A stretch of DNA of 64,000 bases from Octopus vulgaris. Lineage: Eukaryota. The notes below the pieces were generated by a model. The model worked only from the letters and a program-made list of their open reading frames with translations. It did no database searches and was not told the DNA's origin. The translations under genes and the position numbers were made by a program. Positions 46,387 to 62,010 of the stretch are shown here, piece by piece. Position 1 is the first letter of the stretch, and each line of letters opens with the position of its first letter. The stretch spans positions 37,510,001 to 37,574,000 of the forward strand of contig OX597838.1 of the NCBI GenBank assembly GCA_951406725.2, in the 5' to 3' direction.

Positions 46387-46431
46387 CAGAGAGGCAGACA
46401 GACAGGCAGACAGACAGACAGACAGACAGAC

Positions 46432-46503
<72 letters not shown>

Positions 46504-46993
46504 GGATAGATAGTTATCGACACGAGCTAAAGGGAACAGATAAGAAACTAGAGAAACCGATGAGGAAAAAAAAACTTTAACAGGTACAGGTAGATAGTCA
46601 GTCGCAATTTTACTTTTTGCAGACGTCAGACAGCTGAAATAGAAAAGACGAAAGTAAATCGATACATATCGATTGAAATCCTGCAGAGTAGACGGAAGAA
46701 AGTGTCGAATTAGCGACTCACTAACCAATTCTGAATACCTGCACCAATCTGTACAGTTTCCACTTATTAGAAGGACTGGACTTGCCGTAGGCTGAAAATG
46801 TCCGAATGTGACAGCCATCTTATGAATACAGTGAAGTAAAAGTAAATGCCAGCCATTTTGAAATTAGTTCTGTTTCTATAGATCAGCTAATTGGATCTGT
46901 TGTGAGGAGCGGGATCTAGTTATTATCAAAAGCAAAACCTAATTTCACTATGGCTATCTTGACTGACTCACTTCGAATTATCTATCTATCTGC

Positions 46994-47043
<50 letters not shown>

Positions 47044-47058
47044 GTCTCACTTTCTCTT

Positions 47059-47132
<74 letters not shown>

Positions 47133-47193
47133 AATATATAAACACACAACACATGTATAATACATAATATATGTTTCTCTCCCTGTTTGTCAG

Positions 47194-47334
<141 letters not shown>

Positions 47335-47369
47335 CATAATATAAATATGTTTCTCTCCGTTTGTCAGTA

Positions 47370-47437
<68 letters not shown>

Positions 47438-48191
47438 AGTCTCTCTAGGTTGTCTACATATCTATCTAAGCGTACACTCGCATGTTTATATATGTGTATA
47501 TATCTAAGTAATTCTCGCTCTTTTTAAAATCTTGTTTATATCTATAGCTTTAGATATATTTAAATGTCTATTCCTCTATTTCGATCAATTAATCTCCCCC
47601 CACCCACCCACGAATCGCCCCCTCTCTGTTTCTATGTGAATCTCTGAGTGCTTGATTATCTATGATCAATACATTTACCCGTATCTATTTAAAATCCATC
47701 CTCCTACCTATCCACTTACCTACCTACCTACCTACCTACCTACCTACCTACCTACCTACCTTCATACCTACCGAAACGTCTACCTGAACACTTACCTGTC
47801 TACCTCCATCTCCCTCTCGATCTATCCACTTGTCGTCAAACCGCCTATGTCCTCATGCGTCGACATGTCGTGCTAAACAACGACAGCAACAATAAACAAA
47901 ACACACAAAAACAGCACAAACAATTGCAGTAAGAACAACGAAAAGCGACATCTATGTTGTTGGTAAGACGAATGTTCTTTTCCTCTTTTCATTTACAGTT
48001 GAAGTTATTTATATTTTTACCGACAGCGTGTATATATTCTGGAAGATAAACATGATCACAAGGTATACACGCTACCAACACAACCTGTACACACAGTACC
48101 TGCTTCTCACAGGCACTAACATAAGAGGCACTAACATAAACACATACTACATCATCTATCTCTCTCTCTATCACTCTATGTGTGTGTGTAT

Positions 48192-48256
<65 letters not shown>

Positions 48257-48264
48257 TATCTTTA

Positions 48265-48430
48265 ATTCTTTTAATTGTTTCAGTCATTTGACTACACACC
48301 AAGGACTTATTCTCTGCAGGCCGTGTAACTATTCCAACAGTCTCTTTTGCCGAACCGCTAGCTTACGTGGACGTAAACTCACCCACATCGGTGGCAAGTG
48401 ATGGTGGGGGAACAAACACAGACACACAAA
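48265..48430 (-). mobile_element. SINE family A 3' fragment
   Basis: tgtttcagtcatttgact...ttttgccgaaccgcta. Confidence 0.7.
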
Positions 48431-48449
48431 CATATACATATATAATATA

Positions 48450-48520
<71 letters not shown>

Positions 48521-48536
48521 CATACATATATGTATG

Positions 48537-48600
<64 letters not shown>

Positions 48601-48667
48601 CAGGTGGTGCACCAGCATGACCTCAGCCCTGGGCTGTAACTAGCAAAAGACAAATATATATATATAG

Positions 48668-48723
<56 letters not shown>

Positions 48724-48750
48724 ATACATACATATATATATTATTAGTGA

Positions 48751-48875
<125 letters not shown>

Positions 48876-49039
48876 TTATATTATGGGATATATTATGGGT
48901 GAAGGTCTTAATTGCTTGTCCTACAGGAACAGTGTTGTGTATGGCTGAACCCTCCAGTCATACACAACTGCACTAAACAACCCACATTTGTGGGTTGTAA
49001 TGACTCTCCAGTATAAAAAGGTTTGATAGGTCCTTACCC

Positions 49040-50040
49040 TGAGCAAAACAGCCATTACAATTTGATGCCAGCATCGTCGCACCAGAGTTGCAAGAACAAG
49101 GCTGGTGACAACATCGACATTCCTCAGGTGCTCCAACTCAAGATTTTTCTGAAGCGGTTTCTCCCGAAGGCTGCGAAGGATTTTGTTCCCTTCGCTGGCT
49201 TGTCTACCAAAGCTAACGAGCTATATCTGTCCGAGTGACTTGTTGATTAACCCATAAGTGGGAACGGAAATACGCAATAATAAAAGTGGGCGTTAGAGAG
49301 AGGCAAGACGTGGTAAGAGAGTTGTGGAGTCGGAGACTAGAAAAAAATACTCGAGATTTCCCAATCATAACAGCCTTGGCCTAGTGGTGTTGGTCAAGGC
49401 GAGCTGACAGAAACGTTAGCACGCCGGGCGAAATGCGTTGTCGTATTTCGTCTGTCGTTACGTTCTGAGTTCAAATTATGCCGAGGTTGACTTTACCTTT
49501 CATCCTTTCGAGGTCCATAAATTAAGTACCAGTTACGCACTGGGGTCGATGTAAGCGACTTAATCCGTTTGTCTATCCTTGTTTGTCCCCTCTGTGTTTA
49601 GCCCCTTTGTGGGTAGTAAAGAAATAGGTGTTAGTCAAGGTGCACAACATATGGTAAATTATTGATGTTGCATGCCCCTTTGACCCACGAATAGCCAAGA
49701 AGGAAGGCGAAAAGATGGATACATACAACCATCTTAAGTACGAAAATGCCTGGTTTTGGAAAATAAGGAAGGTGAAGATAGTGCCATTTATCGTTGGTTA
49801 CTTGGGAACAGTATCAGAAGGTATCAAGAGGAATATAAAGGAAATTGGAATAGAATGCCCCCAGTAGAACTGTTACAAAAGATTTGCTTCCATGGCACGG
49901 CCAGAATAATCAGGATAGTATAAGATAGCTGAAAAGAATGAATAGCATGGTACCGTAGACTGCAGGTAGTAAGTCCGCTACGCATGCAAGACTCCGGGAA
50001 CTCCAACAAAATCTGTGATAATGAGAACATAGTAATAATA
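49040..50040 (+). mobile_element. R4/Dong-like (restriction-like endonuclease) non-LTR 3' fragment, with two insertions
   Basis: IIDVACPFDPRIAKKEGEKMDTYNHLKYE...VKIVPFIVGYLGTV...ELLQKICFHGTARIIRIV* is a typical RLE C-terminus, followed by an AAT-rich tail. Confidence 0.8.
49398..49627 (+). mobile_element. SINE family B inserted in the R4-like relic
   Basis: Colinear with 26851; flanking ggtgttggtcaagg (49386-49399) and ggtgttagtcaagg (49627-49640) form a probable TSD. Confidence 0.88.
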
Positions 50041-50744
50041 CGTGGTCAATGAGGAGAGTAGACGTGATACCAATTGCAATTGGTGCACTTGGAAGTATCA
50101 ACACTTAACTACCAACATGACCAAAAAAGATTGGTGCAAGTGTGAAGGTAGAACAAAAATCAGCATTGCTTTCTTCAGGTCGAGTGTCCCATCCCGCTCA
50201 AAAGGTCCCTGAATAAAGGTTCTTTAAGGATGTTGAGAAAAACATCCATGTTTCCAAAGGAGAATTATCCAGACCCCAAAGAATTCCTTTCAACATATGG
50301 CTAAGATGGTTCCCCACATGTGCTCGTGATCAGAGATGCACGTATCGTCAGCCACTAAGGGACATGCTCAACTGGTTAAGGTCAAACAACTGACAAGCAA
50401 TTCTACGGTATTGAGCAGAATATTTGCTGTAGCCCGATTTTATACCAAGACAAAACAATGTACATGATAACACTTGCAATCAGTTAGGATCAGAAGCCCG
50501 AGACCCAGTGTCTGGTACCGCTATTATCTTTGTATTAAAAACTCACAGCTTATTTTACTGCTCATGATGAAAGGGCCAGCTGTCCACAGCCAGCAGACTA
50601 AGGTGACACTTGTTTCCTAGTCAAGAATTCTTCGCAGAGGTCTTGAAGCATGACTTGGAAACAAGTGTCACCTTAGTCTGCTGACTGTCGACAGCTGGCC
50701 CTTTCATCATGAGCAGTAAAATAAGCAGTGAGTTTTTAATACAA
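50041..50744 (+). mobile_element. Second R4/Dong-like 3' fragment with an insertion and an inverted 3' UTR duplication
   Basis: WSMRRVDVIPIAIGALGSI... then RILRRGLEA* (50624-50653); 94-bp inverted arms at 50530-50623 and 50651-50744. Confidence 0.65.
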
Positions 50745-51627
50745 TGATATATATATATCCAGAACCATGTGGTTGGTTAGCAAGCTACTTACCACACAGC
50801 CACTCCTGCGCCCATGTATGTATGTATATCAGACGAGTGTGGATAGTGGAGTGAGTGATGAAATTGAATTTTCCCAATCAGAAGTGTGGCATGTCAGCGA
50901 TCTAATTCACACAATTATAGATTAATCTCCCCAAAAACTGATCGTATGGGAATTATACACGTTGAGCAATTTGCTTTTATTGTAATAAGACACGTCCGGA
51001 ATACATTGGTCATATTTTCCAGTCCCCTTTCATTTCTTATTCCTCGGACTTTCCTTCTTTCTCTGTCCTTCTCTGTCACTGTCAGTCTCTCTTGTTGATT
51101 TTCTTTCTTTCTCTCTTTCATTCGCATTTTATCTCTCTGTCTTTCCCTCTCTCTCTCTCTCGTTCATTTTTTTTCGCTCTTTATCTCATTCTTTCTCTCT
51201 TTATTGTCTTTCACTTTCGTTCTCTCTCTCTCCTTCTTTTTCTCTCTCTCTCTCCTTCTCTCTCGTTCATATTCTTTATCGTTCTTCCGTTCTTGATCTT
51301 TCTCCTCTTTTCTTTCATTCTTTCTCTGCTTTGTTCTTCTCTCACTTTCTTCCATCCTCTCTCTCTCTTCTCTTTTTACCTTTCTTTCTTTCTTCCTTCC
51401 TCTCTTTCTTTCTTTCTTTCTTTCTCTCTCTCTCTCTCTCTATCTCTCCTAACACACACACTATTATCTTCCCTCTCTCACCCGTTCATTTTAACTTTCC
51501 TCCTCTCTCTATCTTGCCCTTTCTCTCTCTCTCGATCTCCCTTTTTCTCTTTCTTTGTTTCTCTCTCCATCTTTCTCTTTCTTCCTCCCCCTTTTCTCTT
51601 TGAACCAGCAGAATTATTAGCGCGCCA

Positions 51628-52265
51628 AGGTGGCCAGCTGGCAGAAACGTTAGCACGCCGGGTGAAATGTTTAGCAGTATTTCGTCTGCCGTTACGTTCT
51701 GAGTTCAAATTCCGCCAAGGTCGACTTTGCCTTTCATCTTTCTGGGGTCGAAAAATAAAGTACCAGTTGCGCATTTGGGTCGATATAATCGACTTAATCC
51801 GTTTGCCTGTCCTAGTTTGTCCCCTCTGTGTTTAGCCCCTTGTGGATTGTAAAGAAATAGGTATTTCGTCTGTTTTCATGATCTGAGTTCAAATTCCGCC
51901 GAGGTCTACTTAGTCTTTCATCCTTTCGGGATTAAGCACCAGTTGCGTACTGGGGTCGATCTAATCGACTGGCCACTTCCCCCAAAAAATCGGGCCTTGT
52001 ACCTAGAGTAGAAACGAATTGTTAGCACGCCGGAAAAAAGCGCTTAGCGACATTTCGTCCGGTGATCTGGCAGAATCGTTAGCACGCCGGGCAGAACGCT
52101 TAGCAGCATTTCTTTCGTCTTCACGTTCTGAGTTCAAATTTCGCCGAGGTCGACTTTGTCTTTTATCATTTCGCAGTCGATAAAATATGTACCAGCTAAG
52201 TACTGGGGTCGATATAACCGACTTAACCCTCCCCGGATTTGCTAGCCTTGTGCAAAAATTTGAAA
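51628..52265 (+). mobile_element. Tandem cluster of 3-4 SINE family B copies/subfamilies
   Basis: Repeated gttagcacgccgg, gagttcaaatt(c/t)cgcc and ggggtcgat modules. Confidence 0.85.
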
Positions 52266-52496
52266 GCTACCAATTACAGTTTCGGTTGATGCAAGGTCTT
52301 CTGAATCTATTTGTGAGGATGAAGTTCTACAGATAAATTGTACCTGAATTCAAAAGACCACCCGTGTGTCTGTGTTAAGTCTCGTCGATTCGGTGCAAGG
52401 ATTACGATAACGGACATGTGTCTATGGAAAGGACAGCTATTTGCAAGATATATATATATATATATTTATAATAAGATTAGCTCGTATACGAGTGGG

Positions 52497-52737
52497 TATA
52501 TATTTGTAAAAAATGTAGTTTGAAAATGCTGCTATATTAGACAAATTTTAATTTAACATGTTTCGGTTCTTGAAATAACGAACCTTGAACTATTACATCA
52601 TACTCTTTAAACATATAGCATGGACTATCTTTATTATATATAAAAAAATTTTTTTGAGAAGGTTCGTTATTTCAAGAACCGAAACATGTTAAATTAAAAT
52701 TTGTCTAATATAGCAGCATTTTCAAACTTCATTTTTT

Positions 52738-52748
<11 letters not shown>
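52497..52748. repeat. ~90-bp inverted repeat containing a hammerhead-like motif (Penelope-like terminus)
   Basis: 52497-52586 and 52659-52748 are reverse complements; TTGAGAA ggttc-loop-gaacc GAAA catg TT at 52654-52690. Confidence 0.75.
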
Positions 52749-52778
<30 letters not shown>

Positions 52779-53211
52779 AATAATATATACATACAATATT
52801 ATATATGTACATATATACACAAAGGTACTACACGAGTATCTATATCGCTAATGATAGAAGTCAAGAAATACTTCTGTACCACCGAACAGTCACAAATCTA
52901 TTACAGATAAGATAGGAAAAAATATCAGGGAACAATAATAATGTCTTACCTCAAATGGGTCAGGACAAGTAAATGCTGGCCAACTTGGTACCGGTTTGGC
53001 GCTAACTTTTGAAACCGGTTTTGACAGCCCAGGTGTCAAAACCATAATGATATCCGTGGAGCAGCTGATGATGGGGGTATGTTAGATTGTTGGTATGGCT
53101 GTTTTTATATGTGTGGGTTAGTATTATTGGATTGTTGATATGGCTGTGGAATAGTATTATAACATATCCTTTTGATATATGTGTGTGTATGTGTGTACAT
53201 ATATATATATG

Positions 53212-53260
<49 letters not shown>

Positions 53261-53282
53261 GTATGTATATGTATATACATCG

Positions 53283-53680
53283 TTTACTTGCTTTTAGAAG
53301 AGATTTTCGTCGAATGAATCAAACCCAGTTCTTTTTTAAGCCTTGGGACCTATTCTATCAGTATCTTCTGCCGAATCACTAATTTACAATCCAACACCCG
53401 TTGTCAAGCGGTGGTACGAGGCAAACACATACACACACACACACACAGACACACACAGACACACACGCACACACGCACTCACACATACACACATACATTC
53501 CCATATATATACGCATAAATACGACGAGCTTTTCCCAGTTTCTGCCGACAAAATCCACTGACAATGCTTTAGTCGCCCCGAGGTTATACTAGAAGACACT
53601 TGCCCAATGTGCCACGCAGTGGAACTGAACCCAGAACCACATAAGTGGGAAGCAATCATCTTACCACACAGCCACGCCTG
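53283..53680 (-). mobile_element. Degenerate SINE family A
   Basis: Colinear with the reverse complement of the 30630 copy. Confidence 0.8.
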
Positions 53681-54049
53681 AAGCAAGTCAGTTCACATTC
53701 TATTCAGCGTTAACAATACTCCCAATCACCTAAAAGAGTGCCGCATTATTTCTCAGCCCAATGGCGTCCGCGTCGCAACCCGTCCCTGAACCAGAACGCA
53801 TCTTCTTATTCAAGCCATCTGATAAAGATCCGGAACTGTATTTATCGACTCCATTCGCCAGGAATAATGAAAAACGCGAAGCTGATCGCTGCAGTATTTG
53901 TGTCGAGTAGAAAACCGAAACGGAGGCCGAAATGCTTCGTAAGGCCAAGGATGTCAGTGCTCTACCGAGTGGTCGTTTATGGATTCTATAGAAATGATAT
54001 AATTCACGATGAGCATGTGACAATAATGGCCTGTACCCAATATCTGAAG

Positions 54050-54801
54050 TCATCATCGTCACCATCATCATTCGTGTCATCACCGTCATCATCGTCTTCG
54101 TCGCCGTCATCTTCATCTCCGTCTTCATTATTGTAATCGTCATCATCATCGTCGTCGTCCTCACTCCGTATTATTGTCATCATCACCACCACCATCATCA
54201 TCATCATCATCATCACCATCATCATCATCCTCATCATCACCACCACCACCACCACCACCGCCACCATCATTATCAGCATCATCATCAGCATCATCATCGT
54301 CGTCGTCGTCGTATTTCGTCATCATCATCATAGTAATCACCGTCGTTATTTTCATTATATGTATTGTCATCTTCCACTCGTTAACGTCATCATCACCATC
54401 ACCATCATCACCATCACCATCATCACCATCACCATCATCACCATCATCACCATCACCATCATCATCATCATCACCATCACCATCATCACCATCACCATCA
54501 TCACCATCACCATCATCACCATCATCACCATCACCATCATCATCATCATCATCATCACCATCATCACCATCACCATCATCACCATCATCACCATCACCAT
54601 CATCATCATCATCATCAACATCATCATCATCAACATCAGCAGCAACAGCAGCAGCAGCAGCAGTATTCCTACCGTTGGCAATAGAGATGTCGATACGACT
54701 TTTACGACTACCATCAACCCCCCACCACTTTCTTTCCTTTCCTCTTCTACTTGACCTTCATCCTCATCATCATCATCATCACCATCGTCATAATCAGAAT
54801 C

Positions 54802-54833
<32 letters not shown>

Positions 54834-55017
54834 CACCTCCGCCAACAACACCATTACCTCTATTGATTTTTATATTTTATATTTACTTTTTTTTGTTCGA
54901 TTCATTGCAGACATGTCGAATCACGATAGAAAGAATGAATATTGATAATTATAATGATGATGATGACGACGACGACGACGACGACAACGACGACGATGAT
55001 GAAGGTGATAATGACAG

Positions 55018-55066
<49 letters not shown>

Positions 55067-55127
55067 AACGATGATAATGATGATGATAAAAATAATAAAA
55101 AAAATAATAATAATAATAATAATAGTC

Positions 55128-55166
<39 letters not shown>

Positions 55167-55208
55167 TAATAATAATAACAATAGTCATAATAACAACAAT
55201 AATAATAA

Positions 55209-55251
<43 letters not shown>

Positions 55252-55258
55252 CGTCGTC

Positions 55259-55318
<60 letters not shown>

Positions 55319-55385
55319 TTGGTGGTAGTAGTAGTAGTAATAATAATAATAATAGTCATAATAATAACAACAACAGCAACAATAG
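54050..55385. repeat. Trinucleotide repeat cluster (CAT/CAC/GAT/AAT/GTA)
   Basis: Directly visible. Confidence 0.95.
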
Positions 55386-55992
55386 CTAGAGCACTAATAA
55401 TACAAATACGAGCAGAAGTGGTGGGTTACAGCACGCATGAAATTCATTGACTACATTAGCAATTCCACTTGTCTACTTTGATCCCTATCAATCCTCGATC
55501 AATTAATAATTTTCATTAAACAAGAACAAGAGGAACAGCTGATGGAATATTCAAGAAATGGTGAGAAAAGGAAAAACGAAAGAATGCAATGAAAAGAAAG
55601 AAGACACAAAAAAATAAAACAATTCAATGAAAAGCAGACGACACTTTTGTTTGTGTGTTTGGCGGGTTGTGTTGACTGTTAGTTTATCAGCCATAGAGAG
55701 ACAGACAGACAGACAGACAATGGAGACGCAGAGGCGGAGAATGGATGGACACACAAAGAGATGCACACATAAACACATACAGGTACACACATGTACACAT
55801 ACGAACACGCATGCATTCAGACATATACATATGAGCAGATATACTCAAGCACACACAAACACACACACGTATGTGTGTGTGTTTATATACTTACATACGT
55901 ATATGTGCATATATACATACACACACACACACACACACATATATGCATATATATATGTATAAATACATATATATATATATATATATATATAT

Positions 55993-56390
55993 GGAGTGGC
56001 TGTGTGGTAAGTAGCTTGTTTACCAACCACATGGTTCCGGGTTCAGTCCCACTGCGTGGCACCTTGGGCAAGTGTCTTCTACTATAGTCTCGGGCCGACG
56101 AAAGCCTTGTGAGTGAATTTGGTAGACGGAAACTGAAAGAAGCCCGTCGTATATATGTATATATATATGCGTGTATATGTGTGTGTGTCTGTGTTTGTCC
56201 CCTTCGCATTGCTTGACAACCGATGCTGGTGTGTTTATGTCCCCGTTACTTAGCTGTTCGGCAAAAGAGACCGATAGAATAAGTACTGGGCTTACAAAAG
56301 AATAAGTCCCGGTGTCGAGTTGCTCGATTAAAGGCGGTGCTCCAGCATGACCGCAGTCAAATGACTGAAACAAGTAAAAGAGTCAAAGAG
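55993..56390 (+). mobile_element. SINE family A, near full length
   Basis: Colinear with 30630-31037. Confidence 0.92.
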
Positions 56391-56481
56391 ATATACTATA
56401 TACAAACGTACACGTATATATACTCATATATCCGCATTCATATACATAAGCACAGATGCATAAAGACATACAGAAATAAGC

Positions 56482-56538
<57 letters not shown>

Positions 56539-56539
56539 T

Positions 56540-56915
<376 letters not shown>

Positions 56916-57064
56916 ATAAACCCCACTAGAATGGGAGAAAGCGCTAATAATCTGAATGATATGATCTGAATGATATGATATATATATATGTAAAAAATGT
57001 AGTATATAAATAAATATCTATAAATATGAACCATCCGATCTTCTGATTACCTCATTTCTTCTAA

Positions 57065-57100
<36 letters not shown>

Positions 57101-57174
57101 TGTATGTATGTATGTATGTATGTATGTATGTATGCATGCATGTATGTATGTATGTGTGAGTGTGTTTATGTTTG

Positions 57175-57230
<56 letters not shown>

Positions 57231-57950
57231 TGTGTGTGTATATGCATATATGAGAGTGTATGTGTGTATATATATATGCACAGAAATGTATACACTCATG
57301 CACTTACGTATATGCGTTTATATTTATATACACTTAGTCAGAAATAAGCATACCTGTCATTCGCGCATACATAGACGCACACACACGCACATACTCATAC
57401 AGACATACACATACACTCATATACACTTACATACATACAGGCACTCATGCATACCTAGACGTACACACATATACTCATAGGCACATACATACACTCATAC
57501 ATACACACACACACATATATATAGAGAGAGAGGGAGAAAGAAAGAGAGAGAGAGAAATATGTAGAGGTATATATACTTAATGGTAGAAATATACATACAT
57601 ACATGCTCACACATACATACATACATACATACACACGTACACATACGCACATACATACATACATACATACATACATACACTCATACATACATAGATTTAT
57701 GGACATATACATAGAGATACACATTCATGTATTCGCACATAAACATACACATGGACATACATATATACCTATATACATATATATACACATATATATACAA
57801 AAACTATTCAGACTCATAGATATACACTTACAAATATGTACATACTCATAAATATATGCATATATACACACATATACATGTATACACATAAACGTACACA
57901 TGTATACACACACGTACACACACCCCCACACACACATATATAGACACATA

Positions 57951-57986
<36 letters not shown>

Positions 57987-57989
57987 GCG

Positions 57990-58134
57990 CGCAGCGTGGC
58001 TGTGTGGTAAGAAGCTTGCTTCCTAACCACATGGTTCTAGGTTCAGTCCCTTAGGCAACAGCCTTTTATTATTGTCTCGGACCGACCAAGGTCCTGTGAG
58101 TGGATTCGGTAGACGGAAACTGAAAGAAGCCCGT

Positions 58135-58188
<54 letters not shown>

Positions 58189-58189
58189 C

Positions 58190-58246
<57 letters not shown>

Positions 58247-58613
58247 CACCAGAGTGGCTGTGTGGTAAGTAGTTTGCTTACCAACCACATGGTTCCGGGT
58301 TCAGTCCCACCGCGCGACACTTTGCGCAAGTGTCTTTTGCTATAGCCTCAGGTCGACCAAACCTTGTGAGTGGATTTGGTAGACGGAAACTGAAAGAAGC
58401 CCATCGTATGTATATGTGTGTGTGTGTGTGTGACTGTGTTTGTCCCTCAACATCGCTTGACAACCGATGCTGGTGGGTTTACGTCCCCCATAACGTAGCG
58501 GTTTGGCAAGAGAACCCCGATAGAATAAGTACTAGGCTGGGGTGGACTTTCTCAACTAAAGCCGGTGCTCCAGCATGGCCGCAGTTAAATTATAGAAACG
58601 CATAAAAGAATAA
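57990..58613 (+). mobile_element. Two adjacent SINE family A copies (5' half at 57990-58137; near full at 58243-58613)
   Basis: Two heads (gtggctgtgtggtaag) and bodies; the second ends in the LINE-like tail. Confidence 0.88.
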
Positions 58614-60144
58614 AGGAATACACATACATACATTCAATCATAACTCTTTGTGTGTGTATGTATGTATGCATGAGTGCGTGTATGTATGTATATATGTATG
58701 AGCAAATGTATGTATATGAGTTTATGTGTATATGTGTATGTGTGTATGAGTGTATGAGTGTATGTGCATGAGTTAATAGATGTATGTACACGTACATACA
58801 TCTATTTCACACACACACATATACGTACACACACGTCCACATAAATACACATGCATATACAAACGCACACACATACGTGCACTACAGACATGCACATATA
58901 CACATACACTTACACATACACATCTACACACATACATAAACACGCACACATACATCACACAGACCCATAGACGTACTCACATATACACGCACACACATAT
59001 AGACTCGCACATTACACATACAATCACACTCACACACACACTCACACACACACGCACATATATATACATAAACACATGTACACATGCACACATACACATA
59101 TATATATACTTACACATATACACATATACTTATACTCACATGCGTACATACACCAAACAGTAACATAGACTTACACATACGCACATACTCATACAGACAT
59201 ACACATACACTCATATACACATACATACACGCACTCATGCATACATACATAGACGCATAGACGTACACACATACACTCATACACATGCACTCATACACAC
59301 ATGCACATACGCACATACATATACACTGATATACATACACATGCACACATACATACACAAACACATACACATACACATATACACACATACACAAACGCAT
59401 ACACACATACATATATACACATACACACATACACACATGCACACATACACAAACGCATACACACATGCACATGTACACATAAACTCATACACATACATTT
59501 GCTCATACATACATATATACAGATACACACGTATACACATACACACATACACATACACACATACACATACACACATGCACACATACACAAACACATACAC
59601 ACATGCACATGTACACATAAACTCATACACATACATTTGCTCATACATACATATACACACACACACACACACATTTATGATTGAATGACTCTCCAAGAGA
59701 ACGTGTTGTGATGTAAATTTTTCTCTAAACAGAATTCATGATTCTCCTCCGCATCCGCTTCAAGTGGCGACACGGTGGTGGCAATGGTGGTGGTGGCGCT
59801 AGTGGTGGCAGTTGTGGCGGTGGCGGCAGTGGTGGTGGCGGTGGTGGTGGTGCCAGTTTTCTTATTGATTGTTATATTCGGTGGTGGTCTTGGCTGCAGC
59901 ATTTATTTGCGTTGCTCTTGCGGCGATGGTGGCGCTGGTGTTAGTGTTGTTGGTGGTGTCAATGGTGGTGGTGATGATGAGATGTGGTAATGATAATGGT
60001 GGTGGTGGTGGTGGTGTGGTAGCATCCGTGCTGTCGGTGGTATGTTGTGAGTAGCTGCTGGTGTTACAGTTGGCGATAAAGATGGTGGCGATGGTAGTAT
60101 TATTCGTGATAGCGCGGTGTTCATGGCGGTGTATTGATGTGAAG

Positions 60145-60695
<551 letters not shown>

Positions 60696-60975
60696 ATACA
60701 AAAACCTTCACATTATCAATTTCACTTATATAACTTTTGGGAAAATCATTTGAACGTTTGACATTTGAAAAATTTTTTGTAAAAATGTTTTAGGAACCCT
60801 CACTCGCTCACGGTCAACGGGTCCTTGAGTTTAAGCACACCTAAACACAATGGTAAGTCCGGCACTGGTTGTGGTGTTTGGATTTAGAGCTAATATTGGT
60901 ATTAGAGGGAGATTAATTACGCTAATACGATTGACACATGCATGGGTTCATTTCCACTTCTTTATTATTAGTCAA

Positions 60976-61272
60976 CTAGCAGTATCGCCCGGCGTTGCTC
61001 GGGTTTGTAAGGGAAATAACTATATAAGCATTTTTAGAGAGTTACGTCCCTTATATAAATCGAGCAAAAAATGCATTAAAAATCCGAAAAAATGATGGTA
61101 ATTTTTTTTTTAATCATAGACTCATCGTAGACGCGCGCTAATACCCAGAAGGGCTCAATATGAATCACGACTATATTATACCCGCTTTTGGTTAAACTGT
61201 ACCGCAAAATGTGGGAGTAGTTAAGAATATAAATCGGAGGAGACAGACTCTCACACAACTTCAATATAAAGA
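60976..61272 (-). mobile_element. Non-autonomous Helitron
   Basis: Minus strand: 5' TC, 3' hairpin cccgagcaacgccggg about 10 nt before the terminal CTAG, inserted between A and T. Confidence 0.78.
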
Positions 61273-61692
61273 TTAGTTAAACATCCAACGAATCGATTGA
61301 TTAATTTTTGTTTTTGTTTGTCAAGGTGACAGATAACAATGAACAAGCTTTGACAAACGAAAGCAAAACAAATTAAAAATGGGTTAGTTCGTTGGATATT
61401 AAGTGGAATTGAACCAGTGCGTGTGTGTTAATAATATTGGCATAATGACCGTCCTTCTACCAGCAATATTATTTCTTTATCCCAACACCACAACCAACAG
61501 CTATAACAATAACAACATTACCATCAATATTGACACCGCCGCCAACACCACCACCACCACCACCACCACCACCACCACCAACGCTAATACTAAGCAACAC
61601 TATCACTTAGTCACCCATACCACAACTCTAACACCAATACCATAACCGGTACCACTACCAACACCAATATCAACACCACCATTGCGCGCGTA

Positions 61693-62010
61693 ACTCCGTC
61701 GTTTACGACGATGAGGGTTCCAGTTGATCCGATCAACGGAACAGCCTGCCCGTGAAATTAATATACAAGTGGCTGAGTACTCCACAGACATACGTACCCT
61801 GAACGTAATTCGAGGGGAAATCCAGCGTCACCCAGAATCGGACAAGGCTGGCTCTTTGAAAAACAGGTGCAACTCATTTTTGCCAGGTGGGTGGGTGGGT
61901 GGTGGTTGACTGAAGCAACGTGAAATAAAGTGTCCTGCTCAAGGACACAACGTGTTGCTTGGAATTGAACTCAATCTTATGATCATGAGCTGAATAACCT
62001 AAGCACTAAG
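61693..62010 (-). mobile_element. SINE family C-related copy
   Basis: acgacgatgagggttccagttgatccgatcaacggaacagcctg is shared with 33580-33630. Confidence 0.8.

Noticed and set aside
58690-59655. Direct and inverted ~60-bp re-use within CA/TA-rich sequence
   Set aside because: Ordinary slippage and duplication in low-complexity DNA.
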